Source: Candidatus Saccharimonadota bacterium
GTDB taxonomy: Bacteria > Patescibacteriota > Saccharimonadia > Saccharimonadales > Saccharimonadaceae
Reading direction: 5' to 3'
NCBI GenBank assembly: GCA_017552385.1
Contig: JAFZQB010000008.1
Location: forward strand, 1,663-65,662
DNA: 64,000 nt
Of this stretch, positions 9,183 to 17,866 are shown one piece after another (position 1 is the stretch's first letter; the number at the start of each line of letters is the position of its first letter). A program made the translations under genes and the position numbers. A model generated the notes under the pieces. The model was not told where the DNA came from and searched no databases. It saw nothing but the letters and a program-made list of their open reading frames with translations.

Positions 9183-9646
9183 TATTCTTCTCCTTTACGA
9201 ATTGATTTAAGCGCATTATCGGCAATGTTTGTATATTTAGAAAATAGCTCTGGGTCGTCAAGATGTTCTTCTGAATAAAGGGCGGCGAGAAGAGAATAGT
9301 AACGATACTTTTGGGCGAAGGTCATGAGTTCGGGAATAGAGTATTGTTTGGTGTAGTATTCGACGCCGACATAATCTTTAACCTCTAGCCTCTCTTCGGC
9401 TAAAGTCATAGCCTTATTAAATTCTTGACTATCGTATCTCGCAGAAGAATCCTCCGTCGTGTCTTGAGTCTGCGTATTCTCATTAGAGTCTTTATTTAAA
9501 AGCACAAAAATGAGCGCACCTGCAAGGCACATAAATGCCACAACAGCAGCCACGATAATAATTGTGGTTTTCTTATTTTTTTTAGGTGGTGTTGGGTCGA
9601 CAAAATCAGTAATGTCAGCTTCTGGGAGGATGAGATCATCGTCCAT
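9182..9646 (-). CDS. Single-pass membrane protein with a Tyr-rich helical (TPR-like) C-terminal domain, paralog 3
   Basis: 154 aa: basic N-terminus, TM TIIIVAAVVAFMCLAGALIFVLL, acidic linker, helical YY-rich C-terminus. Translationally coupled on both sides. Confidence 0.6.
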   Translation of the reverse strand: MDDDLILPEADITDFVDPTPPKKNKKTTIIIVAAVVAFMCLAGALIFVLLNKDSNENTQTQDTTEDSSARYDSQEFNKAMTLAEERLEVKDYVGVEYYTKQYSIPELMTFAQKYRYYSLLAALYSEEHLDDPELFSKYTNIADNALKSIRKGEE

Positions 9647-10212
9647 TATTCAGCCCTCGATTTGCCGCATCTTTCCAATAAATAATTCATGTTTGTTTCA
9701 GCAACATCGCGAGAAACGAGAAAGCCTTCGAAATTGTCGGCAAGAAGAACGGCAGCGCGATAATAATCATAACGCCCACACGTATCAAGATAGCTTGGGA
9801 AAATCGTCTCAAAAGTAGCATTGGCATATTCCCAATCTTCTTCAGCGAGCAACTCGAGCATTGAATCAAGTTTTTCTTGCTCGCTAGCGCGAAGCTCTGG
9901 GTCATCCGTATTGTCAGTATATTCACTTGACGCGTCACGGCCGGCTGGGTTAACTAGCGGGTCATCGGTAAGTGTCGGGTCGGAACTAGTATTGTTGGGC
10001 AACAAGAGAAGAAGCGCAACAGCGACTACTATAATTATGGCAAGAACTATGCAGTAGATAGTAATATGATTATTATGCTTTTTATCGTCATCCGAAACAT
10101 TTGTAAATGGATTCTTGCTCGACCGTGAACGAGAGTTGCGGATGCCTCGTGTTTGGAAACGCTCACCATCTGCGAATGGGTCTAGTTGGTTGAAAGACTT
10201 CCGCGCTGACAT
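9646..10212 (-). CDS. Single-pass membrane protein with a TPR-like C-terminal domain, paralog 2
   Basis: 188 aa with the same architecture: TM ITIYCIVLAIIIVVAVALLLLL, acidic linker, helical C-terminus with RYDYYRAAVLLADNF. Confidence 0.6.
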   Translation of the reverse strand: MSARKSFNQLDPFADGERFQTRGIRNSRSRSSKNPFTNVSDDDKKHNNHITIYCIVLAIIIVVAVALLLLLPNNTSSDPTLTDDPLVNPAGRDASSEYTDNTDDPELRASEQEKLDSMLELLAEEDWEYANATFETIFPSYLDTCGRYDYYRAAVLLADNFEGFLVSRDVAETNMNYLLERCGKSRAE

Positions 10213-10214
10213 AG

Positions 10215-10829
10215 TTACTCTCCTGTAGATTCTTTGGTTTCTGTAGTTTCTTCGTCCCAGTATACTTTGAGAATGTCCTCAACTAAGTTGGAATATGTAT
10301 CGTAAGCTGTTTCGTCGCCGGAGTGTTCATATAGATAGGCGTAAGCGCTATAGAGATTGAATAACTGGCGATAAGTGAGCGCGTCACGGTTAATCCCGTT
10401 GAGCAGAGACTCGGCCTCTTCATAAGCGCCAGTGACAGAATAAAGATTTGCAATCGAAAGTTGCGCATCAAGCTTTTCGTCTGTGGTGGCGTCTGGGTTG
10501 TCAATGGTAGATTGTTTATCGTTGACATAGTCTTGGCCGGGATCTTCAGACCCTTCGGATGGAGCCCAAACAATTTCAGTAGATTCTTCACCGTCATCGA
10601 CAGTAGTATCTACGGTTGGTTTGCGAAAAATAAAGTACAACGCTACTACTACGCCAATAAGTAAAATAGCACCGACAATTAGGAGAAGAAGGCGATGATG
10701 AATGGCTTCTTTATTCGTGGTTTTTTCTTTGCGGGCAGGCTTAGTCGAGCCAGATCCGCCTTTGAGAGAATTAATATTCTCAGGAGTGAGTTCACTCACT
10801 GGAATCTTAGAAATGTTATCATTATCCAT
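10215..10829 (-). CDS. Single-pass membrane protein with a TPR-like C-terminal domain, paralog 1
   Basis: 204 aa with the same architecture. C-terminus LSIANLYSVTGAYEEAESLLNG...LFNLYSAYAYLYEHSGDE is TPR-like. Confidence 0.6.
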   Translation of the reverse strand: MDNDNISKIPVSELTPENINSLKGGSGSTKPARKEKTTNKEAIHHRLLLLIVGAILLIGVVVALYFIFRKPTVDTTVDDGEESTEIVWAPSEGSEDPGQDYVNDKQSTIDNPDATTDEKLDAQLSIANLYSVTGAYEEAESLLNGINRDALTYRQLFNLYSAYAYLYEHSGDETAYDTYSNLVEDILKVYWDEETTETKESTGE

Positions 10830-10869
10830 GTTTTAAGTATAAACGGTTTGAGAACTTTTGACAAGTAAC

Positions 10870-11298
10870 TCAGGTGCCGAAGAGGAAAGACATCCATTGG
10901 GAAACGTTGGATGGTCCGCTGCTAACCGTTTCTTCTTTTGCTGTCTCGTTATACTTTTTGCGAGCAGCTTCAGAATTTTCTGGAAGGTAGACAAGATGCT
11001 CGCCATCAAACATTTTGTTTGATTTTGCACGTGCAGATAGTTCTTGGTATTCAGCAGAGCGATAGTATTCGTTCTCGAGTTTCAGAGATGCAACTTCTAG
11101 CTCGAGAAGTTTCTCTTCTCTTCTTCTGGTAGCAAGTTTTTGCGATAGTTCCCAGTTTTTGGCTGTAGCAGAAAGAGAGCTATAAGTCCAGAAGAAACAA
11201 GCTATTATCGCGACAAAGAAAATAATGTTGTCAAATGACAAATAATCGTGCTTAACACGGAAATAAAGGCGGCGAAGGCGAGTTTTAATGGTCTTCAT
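10870..11298 (-). CDS. Septum formation initiator family protein (FtsB/DivIC-like)
   Basis: 142 aa: N-terminal TM followed by a coiled coil, WELSQKLATRRREEKLLELEVASLKLENEYYRSAEYQELSARAK. Confidence 0.65.
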   Translation of the reverse strand: MKTIKTRLRRLYFRVKHDYLSFDNIIFFVAIIACFFWTYSSLSATAKNWELSQKLATRRREEKLLELEVASLKLENEYYRSAEYQELSARAKSNKMFDGEHLVYLPENSEAARKKYNETAKEETVSSGPSNVSQWMSFLFGT

Positions 11299-11358
11299 CT
11301 TCTTGATTATACCATAATCGTAATCATATGGGTGTTAAGCGACTGGACCCAATAACTA

Positions 11359-12333
11359 TTAACCTATGCGAATATCCGGAGCATTTTTGGACTTGTTCGA
11401 CCTGCGTTTGATTAGGTACGTCATCGAAAGAATTGCTGCTATTGTTAATGCAATTGCCACAATCAGGGTTGTCGATGTCATCACTAGTATGTACCGGCTA
11501 CCAGTGGTGTAGACATCTAGAGCAGAAATGGAATATTCGATTCGATAAATCCCGAATTTCGGAGCTTCTTCCCATCCCGCATAAATTGTTTTGGAGCTTT
11601 CTGGAAGGATAGCTGAGACAACATTATTGGAATATAGTTGCTTGCCGAATAATGAGTAAACATTGAGCTGTATTGAAGCTTGAAAGTCGATGTTCCCGTC
11701 ATTATTAATGCGCGTTTGTGTACTGACCCCACCATTTAAGATGAATGCGTCGATGCTTGTGTTGCCGATGTGGACTGAACGTTTGGGCTCTCCTGGCATG
11801 GTTGCGTAAATTGTCATGCCTACTCTGGAAATAGTTTGGATATTGTCCTCCGCGTCGCCATCCGGTATAGCCTCTACGAAGAGAACAGCGTATTGTCCGC
11901 CGCCTGGGACATCTTCTGGAACATTTATTTTATATTCTATAGCTTTAGTCTCGTTCGCAGATAACGTATAAATAACTTCAGTTTCGTAAGCGCCATTTTC
12001 GGACTTTATGGTAATCCACCGCGAGATCTGGGTATAGTTAGTATCTGTCTCGTAATCTTGTACTTCACTGTCGCTTCTAGTGGAAAATGGTTTGGCGTAA
12101 ATGCGGATGGAAATATTATTAGACCCAATATTTGTCACGTTTAGCGTAGAGTCATGAGTCTCGTTAGCATTCAGCGCAACTCTTTTAGTAACTGGGGTAA
12201 TTTCCAAAGCGGGTCGCCTCTCATTAACGCTAGATTCTTCTACGCTATCCTCGGCAGAAACTGGTGCGGGGCTAATCAAAAAGACAGAGCAAATAGCAAT
12301 AAGAATTGCTGTAATAAAGTGTCGACGTAGCAT
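11359..12333 (-). CDS. Secreted cell-surface protein with a C-terminal TM anchor (DUF916/DUF3324-like architecture)
   Basis: 324 aa: signal peptide, beta-rich body (LNVTNIGSNNISIRIYAKPF, VPGGGQYAVLFVEAIP), C-terminal TM plus basic tail. GAGGAGGAG SD. Confidence 0.5.
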   Translation of the reverse strand: MLRRHFITAILIAICSVFLISPAPVSAEDSVEESSVNERRPALEITPVTKRVALNANETHDSTLNVTNIGSNNISIRIYAKPFSTRSDSEVQDYETDTNYTQISRWITIKSENGAYETEVIYTLSANETKAIEYKINVPEDVPGGGQYAVLFVEAIPDGDAEDNIQTISRVGMTIYATMPGEPKRSVHIGNTSIDAFILNGGVSTQTRINNDGNIDFQASIQLNVYSLFGKQLYSNNVVSAILPESSKTIYAGWEEAPKFGIYRIEYSISALDVYTTGSRYILVMTSTTLIVAIALTIAAILSMTYLIKRRSNKSKNAPDIRIG

Positions 12334-12411
12334 TCTCCTCCTCTATATCTTCTTTAGACAATTATATATCATAATGGAGAATGCACAAAATACTGAAGAC
12401 TAAAAAATCCG

Positions 12412-12487
12412 TGGTGGGGGCGGTTGGGTTCGAACCAACGACCAAGCGGTTATGAGCCGCCTGCTCTAACCCCTGAGCTACGCCCCC
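12412..12487 (-). tRNA. tRNA with CAT anticodon, elongator type; probably tRNA-Ile2 (lysidine), otherwise tRNA-Met
   Basis: GGGGGCG-TA-GCTC..GAGC-A-GGCGG-CTCATAA-CCGCT-TGGTC-GTTGG-TTCGAAC-CCAAC-CGCCCCC-A-CCA. The acceptor stem is fully paired. The anticodon arm GAGCAGGCGxCTCATAAxCGCTTGGTC closely resembles E. coli ileX as I recall it. Confidence 0.85.
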
Positions 12488-12536
12488 ATTTAAGCCACGG
12501 AATTATATATAATATATCATATAATCTCAGTTTAGC

Positions 12537-13463
12537 CTAGCCAAAAAGGATCGCAATAATAAGAGGTAGGGTCAGAATTGAGCAAAGAGTAGATATAACG
12601 ACAAGCTCAGATGACTCTTCAACACGGCCGCCGTATTTTTCGGCAAAGAGACCTAGAGAAGTTGCAGTTGGAAGGGCCTGGATGAGAGTGCAGACGAGTA
12701 TGACTTCATCCGGGAACCCAATTAGGTGCAGCAAGCCATAGGTAACAAATGGGGCGAGCAGTAGTTGGATGAGCGAAATAACTAATAATCGCCAGGAGTG
12801 AATTATCTTCTTTAGATTAGCAGTCGAGAGCATGAAACCGATGCAAAGCAAAGAGAGCGGAGTGGTGGCTCCAGCGACATACTTGAAGCTAGATGTAATA
12901 ATGGCCGGGAGCTCTGCGTGAGTAAGGAAGACTAACATACCAAGAATGACGGCGATAATGTTTGGATTTAGTAAAGTTTTGCGAATGAAGTGCTTCGATT
13001 CAACACGTTTAAACAGCCAAATACCATAAGAAAACAAAGCAAGGTTGAAGGCGATGATAAAACCACAATAAGGAATGATACCTTGTTCACCAAAGGTAGT
13101 GCTAATAATCGGATAGCCGAGGAAAGTAGCGTTATTGAAAATAAAGGCAAATTGCGCCTCGGTGGCAAGGGATTTTCGCCAAAGATTCTTATTAAAGATT
13201 AATCTAGAAATAACTATAAGTATTATCATGACTATAAAACCGGCAAGTAGGCCTAAGAAGAAAAGGTTAAGAAGATCCTCATTAGCGGTGGCTGGAAAAG
13301 CTACAAAAAGTGAGGCTGGCATAAATACAGAAAGCAGGAGGTTTACAAAGTTCTTATTAGCCTCTACAGAAATAAGCTTACGTCTTCCTAAGAAGAAGCC
13401 GAGCAAAATAATTATCGCAATTACTCCAAGAGATGCATAAAAGTCGGAAAGGTTTAGTTCCAT
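12537..13463 (-). CDS. AEC (auxin efflux carrier) family permease
   Basis: 308 aa with about 10 TM segments. N-terminus and overall pattern are typical of AEC/malate-permease family proteins. Confidence 0.7.
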   Translation of the reverse strand: MELNLSDFYASLGVIAIIILLGFFLGRRKLISVEANKNFVNLLLSVFMPASLFVAFPATANEDLLNLFFLGLLAGFIVMIILIVISRLIFNKNLWRKSLATEAQFAFIFNNATFLGYPIISTTFGEQGIIPYCGFIIAFNLALFSYGIWLFKRVESKHFIRKTLLNPNIIAVILGMLVFLTHAELPAIITSSFKYVAGATTPLSLLCIGFMLSTANLKKIIHSWRLLVISLIQLLLAPFVTYGLLHLIGFPDEVILVCTLIQALPTATSLGLFAEKYGGRVEESSELVVISTLCSILTLPLIIAILFG

Positions 13464-13505
13464 ATAATTATATTATAACATAAGCAAATTAAGACACTTC
13501 GCAAC

Positions 13506-13532
13506 AAAAACCGCCCGCGTAATAGCGAGCGG
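13506..13532 (-). terminator. Intrinsic terminator of the 67-aa gene
   Basis: On the minus strand: CCGCTCGC-tattac-GCGGGCGG followed by TTTTTG. Confidence 0.75.
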
Positions 13533-13561
13533 CTTCTTGTACCTAAATAACGGCGATATCC

Positions 13562-13765
13562 TTATTTCTTCTTGAGAGTAAGGAAGCCATTGCGAGGATT
13601 CTCGTTGACTTCGCGATCTGCTGGAAGATCACAAGGAGTGCCTTTGCCGCCCTTCTCGTTCTTAGTGAAGAAGTAAATAGTCTGAGGTTTGCCACCACGG
13701 AGCGTAACTTCGGATTTGTGAAGATAGTACTTTACGCCTTTGCTGTTAGTATGTTCATAAGCCAT
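13562..13765 (-). CDS. Small conserved hypothetical protein
   Basis: 67 aa (MAYEHTNSKGVKYYLHKSEVTLRGGKPQTIYFF...) with an AGGAGGA SD and its own terminator. Confidence 0.6.
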   Translation of the reverse strand: MAYEHTNSKGVKYYLHKSEVTLRGGKPQTIYFFTKNEKGGKGTPCDLPADREVNENPRNGFLTLKKK

Positions 13766-13832
13766 TAGCTTAATCCTCCTTTAGTTATTGTATTCTTATC
13801 TTATTATTCTTCGACAGGGGTGTCAAGAGGTT

Positions 13833-14537
13833 TTATGACTTTTTCATTAAGTTTAAGGTAATTTCTAGAATTATCCAGATAAGAAAGCGTATAAAAATTA
13901 CAACACCTAGAAGTAGCGTAATGAGAATAGTGAACCCAGAGATAGTTGGGGCCCAAATTGGAGAAACGAACTCACGACGATACAGCTCAGTGGATGGAAG
14001 CTTGGCTTGAACAGTACTACCAGAAATGGTTTCGGCTGGATACTTGGCTAGCTCTGCCTGGTAGCAAGCGATATGCTCAGGGGAATTCCAAGACCATCCA
14101 TTAGCAATGGCAAGGGGGCGGCAGACGGCTGAGGCGGCAGCGTAGATATTACCGTTTGGATTAGAGTCATCGATTTCGGCTTCAGAAGCGATACGGAGAG
14201 CCTCTGAGGTAGCCGTAAGATAACTTTGTTCAAGGTAGAATACGCCTGTACCAAATTCTAGCTTTTTGTCACCGTTATCATCGACTATATTTATAATGAT
14301 GTTATTGAATGTGAAATCCTTAAGCGCATTTAGGTCTTCGGCTAAAGCTACTTCATTACTTTCTTTATCGGCTTCAAGGACAGCGGAACGAAGATTGGTC
14401 ATCTTAATATGATCGATGCGGAGTAAGGTGGCGGAGGTAAAGCACAGGAGAACAAACACCAAAAAGAGCTGCCAAGTCTTGATTGCTTTGACTTTTCTCA
14501 GCCGAGATCTAACATCATGAATACGCATACCACCCAT
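13833..14537 (-). CDS. Membrane protein with N- and C-terminal TM segments and an extracytoplasmic middle domain
   Basis: 234 aa with two hydrophobic segments (WQLFLVFVLLCFTSATLL; ISGFTILITLLLGVVIFIRFLIWIIL). No known motif. Confidence 0.55.
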   Translation of the reverse strand: MGGMRIHDVRSRLRKVKAIKTWQLFLVFVLLCFTSATLLRIDHIKMTNLRSAVLEADKESNEVALAEDLNALKDFTFNNIIINIVDDNGDKKLEFGTGVFYLEQSYLTATSEALRIASEAEIDDSNPNGNIYAAASAVCRPLAIANGWSWNSPEHIACYQAELAKYPAETISGSTVQAKLPSTELYRREFVSPIWAPTISGFTILITLLLGVVIFIRFLIWIILEITLNLMKKS

Positions 14538-14582
14538 AGTAGTTATGCTAATTATAACACAAGGACGTGATATAATGAAGGA

Positions 14583-15824
14583 ATGAGAGTATTTATTTCT
14601 GGAATATCAGGGGTAGCAATGGGCCCGTTGGCACTCGGCGCAAAATCGCTCGGAATAACTGTTTTTGGCTCTGATCTACATGAGGGTTTAGTGACAAAGG
14701 AACTGAGGGAAAAAGGTATTGAAGTTTCAATCGGCGAGCAAGATGGAAAGTATTTAAGAAAAAAGGTAGCAGAAGATGGTGGTGTTGACTGGTATGTGCA
14801 CACATCAGCAGTGCGCCCAGGGAATAAAGAATTAGCGACCGCACAAGATTTAGGGCTAAAGATTTCTAAGCGTGATGAATTTATTGAGAAGATAGTTCAG
14901 GACTATAATTTAAAAATGGTTGGTGTGGCAGGCACGCATGGCAAAACCACAACTACCGCTGGGATTCTGTGGCTTGCACTAAAATTGAATTTGCCCGTAA
15001 GCTGGCTGGTTGGTTCGACTCTTGGATTTGCAGAAGCTGGTAATTTCGTACCAAATGCAAAATATCTAATTTATGAAGCAGATGAATATGACCGGAATTT
15101 CTTGGCTTATCATCCGTGGCTATCTGTAATTCCGTCAGTAACTTATGATCATGCGGATATATACAAAACCGAAGAAGAATATAGGGCAGCCTTCGCGCAA
15201 TATATCAGACAAAGCCGAAAGACTATAACGGAAACGAATCTTACGAAGAGAATTAGAATAGCTGGAGAAGTACGACGGTTCGATTTAGCACTAGCTATCG
15301 AGGCAGTCAAAGAAATGGCCAAAGATGTCGGAGTTGATGTTACAGAAAAGCAGTTGATTGAGATAATGAACACGTTCCCGGGTGTCGAGCGCAGGATGGA
15401 AAAACTTTGTCCTGGCCTGTACACGGATTATGCGCATCATCCAGAAGAAGTGGCGGCAACGATTGAAATTGCGCGCGAGGAAATGAAATTGACCGGTAGA
15501 ACTGGCTTAGTAATAGCCTATTCTCCTCTTCAAAATGCACGACAATATGATGTGATAGACAGCTACCATGATCTGTTCACGAAAGGGGTGGACAAATTGT
15601 TTTGGTTGCCAACAACGCTACTTAGGGAAATCGAGGGACAACGCGTAATACCGCCTATTGAGTTTATAGAAAAATTAGACAATCCAGAGATCGCCGAAGT
15701 AGCAGACTATGATGAAGACTTTTATTTGAGACTCAAAGATTATCTAGCGCAGAATTACTTGGTAGCTTTTTTGAGTGGTGGCGCAGGTGATGATTGGATG
15801 CGCGAACACTTTAAAGACAGTTAG
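14583..15824 (+). CDS. Mur ligase family protein (MurC/Mpl-like UDP-N-acetylmuramate ligase)
   Basis: 413 aa. N-terminal Rossmann ISGISGVAMGPLALGAKSLGITVFGSD, P-loop GVAGTHGKTTTTAG, and YAHHPEEVAATI as in MurC. Leaderless-type promoter. Confidence 0.75.
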   Translation: MRVFISGISGVAMGPLALGAKSLGITVFGSDLHEGLVTKELREKGIEVSIGEQDGKYLRKKVAEDGGVDWYVHTSAVRPGNKELATAQDLGLKISKRDEFIEKIVQDYNLKMVGVAGTHGKTTTTAGILWLALKLNLPVSWLVGSTLGFAEAGNFVPNAKYLIYEADEYDRNFLAYHPWLSVIPSVTYDHADIYKTEEEYRAAFAQYIRQSRKTITETNLTKRIRIAGEVRRFDLALAIEAVKEMAKDVGVDVTEKQLIEIMNTFPGVERRMEKLCPGLYTDYAHHPEEVAATIEIAREEMKLTGRTGLVIAYSPLQNARQYDVIDSYHDLFTKGVDKLFWLPTTLLREIEGQRVIPPIEFIEKLDNPEIAEVADYDEDFYLRLKDYLAQNYLVAFLSGGAGDDWMREHFKDS

Positions 15825-16213
15825 AAGCCGAGAGTTTCATCGGATAGTGGGGTGGGGCCAAACGGGTCGGACGAGAAGTCGTTAACGCGGTTTATTTCTT
15901 GCTTGAGACTTTCTAGGTATTCGTCGAGAATCTCTTTGGTAAGCTTGCCAGAATCTGAGAAGGTGAATTGTTCATTGCTCTCGCCAGTTTCGACTTCTTC
16001 CTTTTCTGGGAGAAAGCCGGGTCGGGATCGATCTAGATAAACGTCTCCAGAATCGTGGTAAATCTTGAGAGCAACGAAAGTAGTCAGGAAGGCAATGAGA
16101 ACAGCAAAAACGCCTAGTAAAACTAGATTACGTCCGCCTCTGGTAATCTGAGGTTTATCAATCTTTTGCGAGTCGTCTGGTTTGGGAGAAGGGGAAGTAG
16201 GCTCGTTGTTCAT
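15821..16213 (-). CDS. Single-pass membrane protein, unknown function
   Basis: 130 aa. TM LVLLGVFAVLIAFLTTFVALKIY. Start overlaps the upstream ORF stop. Confidence 0.5.
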   Translation of the reverse strand: MNNEPTSPSPKPDDSQKIDKPQITRGGRNLVLLGVFAVLIAFLTTFVALKIYHDSGDVYLDRSRPGFLPEKEEVETGESNEQFTFSDSGKLTKEILDEYLESLKQEINRVNDFSSDPFGPTPLSDETLGF

Positions 16214-16725
16214 TTGAGTGTCTCCTTAAGATTTTCAGTATTTTTAACGACAGAAGTGAGAAGATCGTTTAAGGTTTTAATGTCAGAAGCAACCACTGCG
16301 CGTTTTTCTCTAGTCTCTACAAGTTTTTTATAGAATACTATTGGCTCGATGCGACAGTCGGTAGAAATAAGTTCTTCGAGTGATTTAGAATACTTAATGT
16401 AATCTTCAGAAAAATCCATGCGAGCTTCCGCGAAGTCAGATTGGAGCTTGAGAAGGGTAGCATTAGATAGGTCGTTGTTGACGATACGGAGGTTGAGTGG
16501 CTTTAAATATTTAGACGAAACTGTTTCGTAAATGGCTCCAAAGTAAGTGCGAGCACGCGCGTCTGTGCGCTGAAGGTTTTTTAAATTTTGTCGAATTGTC
16601 CCGCAATAGTCCGAAATATCAGCGGATTGCTTCTCAGTAATAACTACATCGGTTGCAAAAGCTGGCATGGTTAGGCAGAACACGGCAGAGAATGAGGCTA
16701 GTAGGATAATAAATCTATTTTTCAT
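16210..16725 (-). CDS. Secreted helical protein, unknown function
   Basis: 171 aa. Signal peptide MKNRFIILLASFSAVFCLTMPAFA. Two Cys residues. Translationally coupled to both neighbours. Confidence 0.5.
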   Translation of the reverse strand: MKNRFIILLASFSAVFCLTMPAFATDVVITEKQSADISDYCGTIRQNLKNLQRTDARARTYFGAIYETVSSKYLKPLNLRIVNNDLSNATLLKLQSDFAEARMDFSEDYIKYSKSLEELISTDCRIEPIVFYKKLVETREKRAVVASDIKTLNDLLTSVVKNTENLKETLK

Positions 16726-17812
16726 AACGGCCTAAATGTTTCCTCCCGTCATAGATTAGTGTTGGAATGCCGGTTATTTTGACTTGATTCTCGGCAACAT
16801 CTTTGACTCTTTCTAGGATGACTTTGACTTCGTCGGACTTCTCGAGCACAGAGATTTGTTTTAAATCTTCATCAGTAGCGCCGAACTCTTTGAGATAGGA
16901 CTTAAGGGTCTGCTTGGCCTCGTCGTAATCAAGACTTGCAAGGTAGCTTTGAATTATCTGCCCATTATCTGTCTTGCCAGTAAATATCTTGTTTATCAGC
17001 TTCAGATCAAAATGGTGTTGTTCTTCGGGAAGTTCACCTTGATCAAGAAGAGCCGAGGCATAAAAGTAGCGAGCGATAAGGTCAGAATTGGCGAATTTAT
17101 AAACCCCGTCTGATTCGATAGGATAAACAAGGAGAGCTGTTTGGTGATCCTCGAAGAAACCGGATTCAAGTTGATTTCTGAAGCTGTTCATACATGCCGA
17201 ACAACCCGGGTCTAGGATATCCACAGCGTATGGCTTATCTTCGGTAAAAGATTCTTTGGTGTCGTCTAGGATGGACGCGTCAACGAAGGTGACTGGCTCA
17301 ACAAAATATTCTTCAGCATTCCATGCACGTACGCGATCCGGAATAGCAGAGAAGATGTCGCCCCATTCGGTGAACCAACGGCCCGTTTGCTCAAGGATGC
17401 CGGCGTTGTCTTCTTTGTCGTCGAGTGAACAAACTTCAGATCCGAGCGTACAGGCGGAAGGCTTTGCAACGTTGCAAGTGCCAAGTGCCCAAAGAGCAAG
17501 AAGGGATTTAATAGCAATAAGAATGGCCCAAATAAAGATAATCACAATGATGACTGAGAGGATCTCAATAATAATCGACAGTGGCTTGACAAGTTTTGGT
17601 TGCTTAAGAATAACTTTTTTAAGGAGCGTATTCTTGACGTCGTCTTTGAAGTTGGTATCACACTTTTGCAAACGAATCTTTTTACCTACACAACCCCATG
17701 CTTTTTTCATGGCTTTCCAGTATGCGTGACCAAAGTCGCGTTTAAAGACAGAAATAATGGCAACGAATATACCAATGATACCTAAAATAATAAAGGCAGC
17801 AATGCAAACCAT
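16715..17812 (-). CDS. Membrane-anchored DsbA-like thiol:disulfide oxidoreductase with a Cys-rich 2-TM N-terminal module
   Basis: 365 aa with two TM helices and extra Cys clusters (WGCVGKKIRLQKCD; GTCNVAKPSACTLGSEVCS). Thioredoxin-fold CxxC (DPGCSACMN) and cis-Pro loop GIPTLIYDG. Confidence 0.7.
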   Translation of the reverse strand: MVCIAAFIILGIIGIFVAIISVFKRDFGHAYWKAMKKAWGCVGKKIRLQKCDTNFKDDVKNTLLKKVILKQPKLVKPLSIIIEILSVIIVIIFIWAILIAIKSLLALWALGTCNVAKPSACTLGSEVCSLDDKEDNAGILEQTGRWFTEWGDIFSAIPDRVRAWNAEEYFVEPVTFVDASILDDTKESFTEDKPYAVDILDPGCSACMNSFRNQLESGFFEDHQTALLVYPIESDGVYKFANSDLIARYFYASALLDQGELPEEQHHFDLKLINKIFTGKTDNGQIIQSYLASLDYDEAKQTLKSYLKEFGATDEDLKQISVLEKSDEVKVILERVKDVAENQVKITGIPTLIYDGRKHLGRYEK

Positions 17813-17827
17813 GTTTATAATTATAGC

Positions 17828-17848
17828 ACATCGTCGCTAAGACGATGT
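17828..17848. promoter_or_regulatory. Palindrome (candidate operator) between divergent promoters
   Basis: ACATCGTC-GCTAA-GACGATGT has 8-bp perfect arms. It lies between the -10 boxes at 17825-17820 (minus strand) and 17855-17860 (plus strand). Confidence 0.45.
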
Positions 17849-17866
17849 CTATGCTATAATGGTAGG

